64,000 nucleotides of DNA from Nitrospirota bacterium (lineage in GTDB: Bacteria; Nitrospirota; Nitrospiria; Nitrospirales; NS-4). Made by a program: the position numbers and the translations under genes. The DNA lies in contig CAWBGA010000017.1 of assembly GCA_963788195.1 (NCBI GenBank), forward strand, positions 736,001 through 800,000, in the 5' to 3' direction. Shown here one piece after another: positions 11,271-19,749 of this stretch (position 1 is its first letter; each line of letters starts with the position of its first letter). The notes under the pieces were generated by a model. The model saw only the letters and a list, made by a program, of their open reading frames with translations. It searched no databases and had not been told where the DNA came from.

Positions 11271-13036
11271 TATCGGGCCGCGACCGTCGGGGTTTTCGAG
11301 CGCGCGATATAGAGCAGGCCGTCGGCCATGGAGTAATTAAACGGCAGTTCATCAACCACCCCGCTAATTTTCTCGTAGACCTGCTGGTAGACGCGCTCGG
11401 CGTGGTCCGGATCCATCCCTTCCTGGACCTCATAAAAATAACCCAGACTGAGGTCCTCGGACGCCGGACGCATGATTCGGCGAATTCCGTAACTTCCCGG
11501 ATCACTCATGATCGGCGCTTCTTTTTCCAGGTCAAAGAGGCACGGCTGGCAGGAAAACCCGTAGGAGGAATGAAGACGCTCGTGTCCGACAATAAAATTC
11601 GCCGTCTCCATGGCTTCCGGTTCCGTTTCGGTGGGGAATCCGACCAGAATGTAACAGTGAACGGCGATATCCACATCCAGGCAGTCCTCGATGATCCGGC
11701 GAACATGTTCCTGCCGGATGCCTTTCTTCATAAAGTCCATCACCCGCTGGTTGTAGGACTCAAGTCCGAAGACGATCTTCAGACACCCCGCGTCCCGCAT
11801 AGACTTGAGCAATTCCCGAGAGAGGTTCTTCTCAAATCGCATCTCGCAGGTCCATTGCGCATTGACATTCCCATCAATCAACTGAGCGCACAGGCGTTTG
11901 GTAGGCGACAGGGCAAAACATTCGTCCGTGAAGAAAAAGAAGGGCGTTTGATACCGCTCCATCAACTGTTTGAGGTCCTCGACGACCTTTTCCGGCTGGC
12001 GCTGCCGAAAGTTCTGGTGGTCCAGTGTCAGCGCGCAAAACGCGCAATCTTTGTAGTAGCAGCCACGAGAAAACTGGACGGGCAAGACCGCCTGTGGCGC
12101 GAAGTACTGCCCGAGAGGCATCCCGTCGAAATTCGGCGCCGCCAGCGCATTGATGTTTTCTGAGTAAAACGGCTGGTTCACGACGGTCTTATCTTTCTGA
12201 CGATAGACCAGATTGGGGACCTTGCTGAAGTCCCGCGCGCCTTCCAACTGGTGCACCAACTCTAACAGCGCCGTCTCACCCTCAAACACCACGAAATCAT
12301 CGGCAAATTGAAAGAGCGAATCGGCGCGCCGAAGATTGTCCACCAGCCGGGTAAAGATGCTCCCGCCGATGGTGAGATGCACATCGGGATTGGCCTGCTT
12401 GAGCAAACGACATAACGTCAGCCCCGGCATGATCTGGGAGGTGGCCGTGATGGAAACGCCCACCAGACCCGGGCCCTGAGAGAGGATATCCGGAACCAAT
12501 TGATTCCGGAAGAGCTCAAGATAAGGGTTCTCGTCCTCGTCTTGGACCGCTTTGAGAATGTCTTTGGACGAATAGATGGAATAGCGCCACTGGTTGTCAA
12601 CCACAGAGATCCGTGTCGGGAAGTACAGAATCGATATGAAGGCAAGCCATCGGTCGATCAAGAACAGGCTCTCTTTGTACCGTTCAGGATCGTAAAAGAC
12701 CTCAGAACGAAGGGTCATTTTGGCGTTCTCGATCAAATCGTAAAGGGGTGGGAACCAATCCAGAGCTTCCTTCATCCTCGCAAGATGTTCCTGACTCGAA
12801 GGGCCTGTGTCCCCACGGGTTCCAGTCCGCTCCAGATGTTTGATCTTATCCTGCATTCGTTCATATGTCTGCCGCCCAACTTCCTGGGTCAGAAATGCGT
12901 TCAGGACCTCGATTCCAAGGTCGCGTTGGATAACGTCACTGACACCGCCTTGCTTTAAAAAACCGGTTAAGGATGGCAGGCTGAGGTACGGCTGGGAGGG
13001 ATGCCAGGTAGGCGGAAACAGCAAGACGGTCTTCAT
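11270..13036 (-). CDS. Cobalamin-binding radical SAM protein
   Basis: LLFPP.W.P.QPYLSLPSL start, VGVSIT / TIGGS / VVFEGE B12 domain, SRGCYYKDCAFC, FFFTDE, FGLES. Confidence 0.92.
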   Translation of the reverse strand: MKTVLLFPPTWHPSQPYLSLPSLTGFLKQGGVSDVIQRDLGIEVLNAFLTQEVGRQTYERMQDKIKHLERTGTRGDTGPSSQEHLARMKEALDWFPPLYDLIENAKMTLRSEVFYDPERYKESLFLIDRWLAFISILYFPTRISVVDNQWRYSIYSSKDILKAVQDEDENPYLELFRNQLVPDILSQGPGLVGVSITATSQIMPGLTLCRLLKQANPDVHLTIGGSIFTRLVDNLRRADSLFQFADDFVVFEGETALLELVHQLEGARDFSKVPNLVYRQKDKTVVNQPFYSENINALAAPNFDGMPLGQYFAPQAVLPVQFSRGCYYKDCAFCALTLDHQNFRQRQPEKVVEDLKQLMERYQTPFFFFTDECFALSPTKRLCAQLIDGNVNAQWTCEMRFEKNLSRELLKSMRDAGCLKIVFGLESYNQRVMDFMKKGIRQEHVRRIIEDCLDVDIAVHCYILVGFPTETEPEAMETANFIVGHERLHSSYGFSCQPCLFDLEKEAPIMSDPGSYGIRRIMRPASEDLSLGYFYEVQEGMDPDHAERVYQQVYEKISGVVDELPFNYSMADGLLYIARSKTPTVAAR

Positions 13037-13213
13037 CTCGGCCCCCTAAGGGTTCAGCTAAACCAATCAGCAGACGGGCGACTGCAGCCCTTGGACCGCT
13101 GCCATGAGCGGGATTTGTGTGAAAAAGCCGCTCATCTTCAAAGATTTTTATACAACAACGATGCGCAGGATTGCAAGGAACCCAGGCTGGTTCCGGCACT
13201 AGCACGAAAGATA

Positions 13214-13247
13214 AACGGCCCCGGGGAAACGCTCCCCCGGGGCCGTT
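13214..13247 (-). terminator. Hairpin terminator after the gamma-subunit candidate
   Basis: AACGGCCCCGGGG / CCCCGGGGCCGTT stem followed by TTATCTTT on the minus strand. Confidence 0.75.
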
Positions 13248-13271
13248 ATCACCTGCCTGCTGGGCTAGTAC

Positions 13272-14288
13272 TTATTTAGGCTTATCCTGAGGTTGTTGCG
13301 CTGGTTTCTTTTGCTCGGATTGCGCCCCTCCCCCTCCTTCAGGAATCTGGAGGGTAAACCAGGTGGAAATGCCTTTCATACCATCACGCTCGAGATTCTG
13401 TCCGTCCCACACGGCAAAGGCAATCGGCACGGCGCCTGCCTTCAGTTGCACGTCATTAGGATCGGAGGTCGTCAGCGCACGCTTGTACACCACCCGCCAG
13501 GACGGACCGCTGCAGCAGCCACCCTTAATGGAACCAGCCGGCTCCCACAGACCGTTGCCGAGCACATCTTGATTGGCCTGCGTTGTCAGGGTGCTGAAAC
13601 CGTTGGCATTGAGGTCTTCGACCGATCCCACCCGCATTTCCGGGTCAGACAGGATGTTGCCGGACCAGATTCCGGTATTAAAGGGGCCCATGCTGCGACC
13701 GATGCGATCGAGATACGTCACGCCACCGGCCGGTTCTTCAAAATAGTAATCCCAAAAGATAGCGGGATACTCATTGTCCACATCCCAAAGACCCGCACTA
13801 TCCTTGCCAAGGTCCTTCTGCCATTCTGCGTTCCACCGCCAGATGTTGACCGTGCCGCCTGATTGCCCCATGCATTGAAAGGGCGGTGCGCCACTGGTGG
13901 TGACCGGGAACTGAATGGCGGACTGGTCACGGAAGTGTTGGGGGCCGATGGTGGTGTCGTTTTTAGACTGGTCCGCCCAGTCCATTCGGATCCCGATGTC
14001 CTTGCCGTTGGAAACGGCTTTCACAAAAACCGATTTCACGGCGATATTGGGATGCATGGGGGTTGTGATCGTCTGCCCGCTCAGCGGCACGACGACACCA
14101 GGTATATTTTCCCAGATCGGATTGGCGCCATCCATGGGGATCGGCCCCTTGATCGCCTTGACCTGAATGGCCACGGGCTGACTGACGGCGAGCGGGACCT
14201 GTCCGAGGGTCAAAACGACGCCCACGATGAAGGCGCTCAGCAGCACCCCCCATACGACGGCTCTATTTCTCGTCTGCATGATCTTCAT
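13272..14288 (-). CDS. EB_dh-family haem b protein (NXR gamma subunit candidate 1)
   Basis: Signal peptide; FRDQSAIQFP, FQCMGQ (Met), NIWRWNAEWQ, GFSTLT, AFAVWDG..ERDGMK (Lys); directly downstream of a TorD-family chaperone. Confidence 0.88.
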   Translation of the reverse strand: MKIMQTRNRAVVWGVLLSAFIVGVVLTLGQVPLAVSQPVAIQVKAIKGPIPMDGANPIWENIPGVVVPLSGQTITTPMHPNIAVKSVFVKAVSNGKDIGIRMDWADQSKNDTTIGPQHFRDQSAIQFPVTTSGAPPFQCMGQSGGTVNIWRWNAEWQKDLGKDSAGLWDVDNEYPAIFWDYYFEEPAGGVTYLDRIGRSMGPFNTGIWSGNILSDPEMRVGSVEDLNANGFSTLTTQANQDVLGNGLWEPAGSIKGGCCSGPSWRVVYKRALTTSDPNDVQLKAGAVPIAFAVWDGQNLERDGMKGISTWFTLQIPEGGGGAQSEQKKPAQQPQDKPK

Positions 14289-14403
14289 AGTGATAACCCC
14301 TCCTGTAATATTAGCCCGATAATTACCTGAAAATTACCTGAAGAACCTGCCTAATTATTCAGCAGAAGAGCGATAAGGCCTCCCATGCAAACTTAAAATA
14401 ACT

Positions 14404-15357
14404 CTATGCATGACCAGCAGGGCCGCCGGACCCTCCACCTCCTTCGTGCTCTGCATCCTCCATTTGGGAGCGCCCACCCACTTCATCCAAAAGGACACTC
14501 AGTTCGTTCCCTAAATCCTGGGCTCCGCATTCAAAAACCGCCCCTTCGGGAGGGGTAAAGGTGGCCGGTTTATAATCCGTCTCTTTGTAGGGTTGCGGAT
14601 TGACCCCGAGATAGGCGCATTCAAACTTGATATGGGCTTTGCACAGCTCGCACAACAGCATAAAGAATCCGCGCTGAGCCTTTTTCGAGGCCATATCTGC
14701 AAACAGCGGCGCCCACCGGCCGACATGGTCGCGGACGAATTTCTTCTCCGCATCTACCACGATCTGCAGCTTCTCTTCACCATCGTGGCAGAGGGCGTAC
14801 GATTCCTTGTACGCGAGAAAGTGCAGAAATTCGAGCTCAACGCTGAGATGATCAAGCCGTTCGTGGACTACTTCAGCAAGCTCAAGGCCGAAAGCCTTGT
14901 AGTAGCCCGCAATGTCGCCCATCGTATGGGACTGCTGAAAGACGTGTTCATTACCGAAGAGGGTTTCGTACGGAGGGGCGTCAAGACTGATGACATTCGA
15001 GAAGACCCGGCGATGCTCGTCTTGGAGATCGCTAAACTCCCATGTCTTGAAATTCTCTTGTTCCCAATCCGCGATCTGGTCCAACAGCCTTTTCATGGGA
15101 GCAACCAAGTCGCGGACCTTGTCTGTCGCCTTTGTGGAATCGAGACTCTTCTCTAACGTCTCGATCGCCGCGAGGCCATCCTCGACGAACTCACCTTCTT
15201 GAAGATAGTTGTAAAACTCTTCTTCCTCGGGGTAGAGAAACCCCCAAGACAGCAAAAGATACAATTTGCTTCTGGAAAGAGCAAGTTCAACCGCCGGTGC
15301 GTCGGCCAAGCCAATTTTGCCGGTGGGATTTCTTGAAACTGCTGGTGTCGTCGCCAT
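14404..15357 (-). CDS. TorD/DmsD-family molybdoenzyme maturation chaperone
   Basis: PPYETLF, GDIAGYYKAFGL, ERLDHLSVELEFLHFLA, F..DHVGRW.P.F motifs. Confidence 0.9.
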   Translation of the reverse strand: MATTPAVSRNPTGKIGLADAPAVELALSRSKLYLLLSWGFLYPEEEEFYNYLQEGEFVEDGLAAIETLEKSLDSTKATDKVRDLVAPMKRLLDQIADWEQENFKTWEFSDLQDEHRRVFSNVISLDAPPYETLFGNEHVFQQSHTMGDIAGYYKAFGLELAEVVHERLDHLSVELEFLHFLAYKESYALCHDGEEKLQIVVDAEKKFVRDHVGRWAPLFADMASKKAQRGFFMLLCELCKAHIKFECAYLGVNPQPYKETDYKPATFTPPEGAVFECGAQDLGNELSVLLDEVGGRSQMEDAEHEGGGGSGGPAGHA

Positions 15358-15396
15358 TGCCCTCAGCCTCCTGCGGCCTTAGCTTTGAGCCGCGTA

Positions 15397-15425
15397 AGAA
15401 TAAGAAAATGTCTCAAGGTTGTCAA
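15397..15425 (-). promoter_or_regulatory. Near-consensus sigma70 promoter for the chaperone/gamma-subunit unit (TTGACA-N17-TATTCT)
   Basis: Minus strand TTGACA (15425-15420), 17 nt, TATTCT (15402-15397); GGAGG RBS at 15371-15367. Confidence 0.65.
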
Positions 15426-15439
15426 GCGCTTTTTCGGAA

Positions 15440-16063
15440 CTATTCTCCGCTCTCAGGGCCCCGAATCGCCACAGCAGGACGCCCGGAAAGTACTCTGATC
15501 GCAACCTTGTCATTGACCGTTGCACAGACCTGTTCACAGATGCCACATCCGACGCATTTCTCTTGATCTATCGTAGGATACGCATCATCGAATCCAACCA
15601 CCATTATAGCTTCGCAGGGACACCGAGACACACAGACACGGCAGCCCTGATCCGCGGTGCAGGTGGCGGGATTCACCACCGCCAGGCCCATCCGGACCTC
15701 GGCGCGCTCGCCTAACGGTAGAAGGGCCTCCGTGTCACACGCTGCGACGCAGGGAAAGTCCTCGCACAACTGGCACGGGGATTCATTTGCGAAAATGACG
15801 GGGTACCCATTGGCTGGGTCTTTCTTGATGCTTCCGTAAGGACACGCTGGCAAGCAGTCGCCGCACCGGGTGCAACGCTCGAGAAACAAGGCTTCCTCGA
15901 CTGCGCCGGGCGGCCGGAGCCAGTCGGTCCTGAACTTCTCCGGGACACATTCCGGTTTTTTGGGAGTCTCCTTCTGCTGTTCATAGTACTCATAGACGGC
16001 CTTCCCCATCGACCAGACGGATTGTTTCAAAAACTGCCGTCGTTGGTTTTCGGGCGCATCCAT
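15440..16063 (-). CDS. NapF/MauM-like 4Fe-4S polyferredoxin
   Basis: LRPPGA..E..FL.RCTRCGDCLPACP, CQLC...PCVAAC, C....GCRVCVSRCP, CVGCGICEQVC; N-terminal RRQFLK. Confidence 0.9.
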   Translation of the reverse strand: MDAPENQRRQFLKQSVWSMGKAVYEYYEQQKETPKKPECVPEKFRTDWLRPPGAVEEALFLERCTRCGDCLPACPYGSIKKDPANGYPVIFANESPCQLCEDFPCVAACDTEALLPLGERAEVRMGLAVVNPATCTADQGCRVCVSRCPCEAIMVVGFDDAYPTIDQEKCVGCGICEQVCATVNDKVAIRVLSGRPAVAIRGPESGE

Positions 16064-16067
16064 ATTG

Positions 16068-17070
16068 CTATTGGCCTGTGACGCCTGCCGCTCTGAGCTT
16101 GTACACTTCGATACAGCGATCACACCCGCCGTACTCAGGATCCCATCCGGGATGGTTTTCCCTGATGAAATCAAGCACGCCCGGTTCCACATCCTGCGTC
16201 AAATTTTCAACCCAATGATAGGTCGGGAAACCGCACAGCGGACAAGGAAACCCCGGCAAGAGCATAACCTTCTTGCGCTCGGGAATCTCTGCGCCCTCAA
16301 TTTCTATCGCCCGATCCAATATTTTGAGAGTGTCGGTCGCCATATCGATGAGCTCTGGATGGGTAAAGAACTCGGTTGTCCAGAGACCTTCAAAAACAGA
16401 TACCAATTGCGTACCGGGAATCTTACGGTACCAGGTGGAGAATTCATGGAAGCGCTGTTCCTTGGGAAAGACCGGCTCTTTGCCGATCCGCGTCAAGCGG
16501 CTGTCAATGCTCAAGACACCACAACACGCGATACCGCGCGAGAATCAAGCTCTCCTCGCCGGGGCTATTGCCAACCTTGATGTCTGGATCGTACAGAAAG
16601 GCGGGGTCCAACATATCCTTGATGTGATAGAGCTCGTGCCGGCAAAACCGCGCCAGCGCCGGATCGTAAAAGCGGCGCGGTAAGAGCTTAATACCCATCC
16701 CTTTTTGGCCTTTGGCCTCAAATTTCTTCGCGAGATCCTCTTCGACCGTGCCCCATTTTCTCATCAGGTCAACTGATTCCTGGTCTTCCTTCAGCACGCC
16801 GCGCACAAGCGTAATGCCGATACGGTCTCTCAGCTCGGGAAACTCATCGAAGGTTTCGCGAATGATCTCGGCGAAGCCCCAGTGCCCAAAGAGATACTGG
16901 TACAGCTTTTGAAACTCCGGTTCACGGTCGTCCAGCGGAAAGTTCTCGTAGATGGGATCTGCAAGCTCGTGAAATTCCTTGTAAAACGTCGGATCGCCTT
17001 CTCGTTCTGTCTTCTCCATAAAGGCGTCGATCACTTCTTGTATAAGCGCAGGCTGAAACCGCAACTCCAT
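16068..17070 (-). CDS. Hypothetical protein with HExxH motif and split CxxC/CxxC Zn site; indel near 16510
   Basis: ORFs 16504-17127 and 16068-16514 join as ...RYRVLWCLSIDSRL...; motifs RHELYH, CPLC, CDRC; AGGAGG RBS before ATG 17070. Confidence 0.75.
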
Positions 17071-17181
17071 CTCAGGCCTCCTTGACTTGCCTTTTTTCTC
17101 TCCGCTATGATCCTCGTAACCCTTCATTATAGGAAGGGGTCAAGCAGCTTTGCAAGCTGCCTAGGAATCTCAGGAAACGCA

Positions 17182-18306
17182 ATGAACAACAATCCAACCG
17201 GCTCCTCTTCCTCTACTGGCGGGACGGCGTCTACGGCCGAGCTTTCTTCGTTGTCGCCTGGCCCGGCGCCAGTCACCGACTGCGCCCCCTTTTGGCGAGC
17301 CGGCGCGAAAGAACTGCGCGTGTTCCGAGGTCACCACGATCCGATCTGGGCCGTGGCATACCACCCCAGCGGCACCATGGTAGCCAGCGGCAGCGTTGAT
17401 CACACCATCCGTTTCTGGGAGATTGAAACCGGTCGGATGTTGAAGATTCTACGCGGCCATACCGATGCTGTGCGTTGTTTGACGTATTCCCCCGATGGAG
17501 AGCTTCTCGCAAGTGGCTCAACAGACCGTACTATCCGCTTGTGGAATCCGAAGACCGGTGACTTCATCCGAATGTTATTTGGACGGTATGACCACGCCAT
17601 TCATTCTCTGTCCTTTTCTCCGGATGGATTGATGTTGGCGCGCGGCAATGAGAATAAGGATATTAAAATATGGGAAGTCGCGACGGCCACGGAGCTGCTC
17701 TCATTACTGCCGCGAGATGTGTACGACCTTCACTGGAACATCATTACCACTTTCTCTCAGGACGGCCGGCTTTTAGCCAGCGGGAATGACATCGGAGGCA
17801 TTACACTTTTTGAGGTGCTTCCGAGCGGCCAGGAAATCTGCCGGTTGGAAGGGCACAAGTCCGATCCGTTCGACGGGACCATTGAACGCCGGGGCATGTG
17901 GGTTGAATCTCAGGAAGGCTGGGAGCGAGCCTTTGAGAACTGGATAGGCGGGTTAGCCTTTTCGCCCGACGGCAGTTTCCTGGTGAGCGCCAGCCGTGAT
18001 CATACGATGAAATTCTGGGAAATCCCGAGCGGCAAGTTAATGCGGACCGTCAAAGCCCACTCGGGATGGGTTCGCGCCGTCATATTTTCGCCGGATGGCA
18101 AGGTGCTGGCGTCCTGCTCCGACGATACCTCGATCAAAATCTGGGACGCCGGCAGCGGTCGGCTGATCCGCACCCTCAAGGGGCACCGGGAGCCGGTGCG
18201 GGCCATCGCCTTCTCTCCGGACGGCCGTCGCCTGGCAAGCGCGGGCACAGATCGCACGGTAAAACTCTGGGAAGCCGGAGAAGTGTCTCTGGCGGCCGCT
18301 CGCTAA
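17182..18306 (+). CDS. WD40-repeat protein
   Basis: About seven GH...V..VAFSPDG..LASGS.D.TI(R/K)(L/F)W repeats. Confidence 0.93.
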   Translation: MNNNPTGSSSSTGGTASTAELSSLSPGPAPVTDCAPFWRAGAKELRVFRGHHDPIWAVAYHPSGTMVASGSVDHTIRFWEIETGRMLKILRGHTDAVRCLTYSPDGELLASGSTDRTIRLWNPKTGDFIRMLFGRYDHAIHSLSFSPDGLMLARGNENKDIKIWEVATATELLSLLPRDVYDLHWNIITTFSQDGRLLASGNDIGGITLFEVLPSGQEICRLEGHKSDPFDGTIERRGMWVESQEGWERAFENWIGGLAFSPDGSFLVSASRDHTMKFWEIPSGKLMRTVKAHSGWVRAVIFSPDGKVLASCSDDTSIKIWDAGSGRLIRTLKGHREPVRAIAFSPDGRRLASAGTDRTVKLWEAGEVSLAAAR

Positions 18307-19746
18307 TTACTCCTCGGCTGGCCCGTTCGTACCCTTCGAAATTCCGTAGCGCTTACACTTCTCCCACAGAGCTTTGCGCGACACGCCCAGTATCCGTGCA
18401 GCTTCAGTCTTATTCGCCCGCGTCCGGTCCAGCACCTTGAGAATGTGCTGACGCTCGAACTCGTCGCGAGCAGCCGCCAGGTCCTCCACCCTTGCGCCTT
18501 CGGGCGCAGCAAGATGGGTCTCCTCGCTGCAAAATCGACATGCCGGTTGTGGGAGGCCTCCAAGATAGGGACACGATGAAAATCCGCAGAGATCCCAGGG
18601 GTCAATGCTCCCTTCATGATTGCTGACCGTCACTGCCCGCTCGATGGTGTTTTCCAACTCCCGTACGTTACCGGGAAAGGAATATTGCAGCACCATGCTC
18701 TTCGCCGGTTCAGAAAGACCCTCACGGTGCTTGCCTGTCCGGCTTCCAAATTTTTCCAGGAAATGATCTGCCAACAAAAGGATGTCGTCTTTTCGCTCTC
18801 GTAGCGGCGGTAGGTACAGCGGGACGAGACTGAGGCGATCCAACAAGTCTTCTCGAAACCGTCCCGCCTGGACTTCCTTTTTCAAGTCACGCGCGGTCGC
18901 GCACACCAGTCTCACGTCGACTTCAACTGGGACCGTACCCCCCATGCGCTCGAGTGTACGATGCTCCAGGACCCGCAATAGCTTGAGTTGTACAACTGGA
19001 GAAATAGCTCCGATCTCGTCCAGGAACAGCGTGCCCTGATGTGCCAGTTCAAACCGACCCTTTCGCTGGCGCAGCGCCCCTGTGAACGCCCCCTTTTCGT
19101 GCCCAAATAATTCAGTTTCCAGCAGCGATTCCTGGAGGGCTTCGCAACTGACTCTAATAAAGGGACCCTCGCGCCGTGTGCTGTTATGGTGAAGAGCATT
19201 TGCCACTACCTCTTTGCCGGTGCCTTTTTCCCCGATAATCAGAATCGTCGAATCAGAGGGGGCGACTAATTTGATCTTTTCCAGCACCTCGCGCATTTTT
19301 TCGTTTTTCCCCAGAATCCCTTTGAAACTGAAACGCCCTTCGAGTTCCTCCCGCAGCAGCCTATTCTCATCTTCCAGCTCTAACATCTTCACAAGTCGCT
19401 TTACGATCAGGAGCAGCTCATCCATGGAAAAAGGCTTCGTCACATAGTCGTAGGCTCCGATCTTCATGGCTTCCACGGCAGTCTCCACCGACCCATGGGC
19501 TGTGATGAGGATCACCCCTGTGCGCGCAGAGACCTCTCTGCAAGTCTGCAGCACCTGCAGCCCATCCAATCCGGGAAGTCGCAGATCAGAGATAATGAGG
19601 TCGAATTGTTCTTTTTTTATGAAATCCACACCTTCCGGCCCCGTCGCCGCCACTTTCACCTGATAGCCTTCGGCCTTGAGAGCATCTGCGATCGAGATCC
19701 GCATCAGCGGTTCATCGTCAATGATAAGTATGCGGGGCTGGCTCAT
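18307..19746 (-). CDS. NtrC-family sigma-54-dependent response regulator
   Basis: Receiver domain (IIDDE, DLRLP), GEKGTGKE, ETELFGHEKGAFTGA, FLDEI, FPGNVREL, C-terminal Fis HTH. Confidence 0.95.
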   Translation of the reverse strand: MSQPRILIIDDEPLMRISIADALKAEGYQVKVAATGPEGVDFIKKEQFDLIISDLRLPGLDGLQVLQTCREVSARTGVILITAHGSVETAVEAMKIGAYDYVTKPFSMDELLLIVKRLVKMLELEDENRLLREELEGRFSFKGILGKNEKMREVLEKIKLVAPSDSTILIIGEKGTGKEVVANALHHNSTRREGPFIRVSCEALQESLLETELFGHEKGAFTGALRQRKGRFELAHQGTLFLDEIGAISPVVQLKLLRVLEHRTLERMGGTVPVEVDVRLVCATARDLKKEVQAGRFREDLLDRLSLVPLYLPPLRERKDDILLLADHFLEKFGSRTGKHREGLSEPAKSMVLQYSFPGNVRELENTIERAVTVSNHEGSIDPWDLCGFSSCPYLGGLPQPACRFCSEETHLAAPEGARVEDLAAARDEFERQHILKVLDRTRANKTEAARILGVSRKALWEKCKRYGISKGTNGPAEE

Positions 19747-19749
19747 CGG

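Noticed and set aside
13058..13069. Selenocysteine read-through (Cys-TGA) in the small upstream ORF
   Set aside because: A TAG follows two codons later and no SECIS-like hairpin could be supported.
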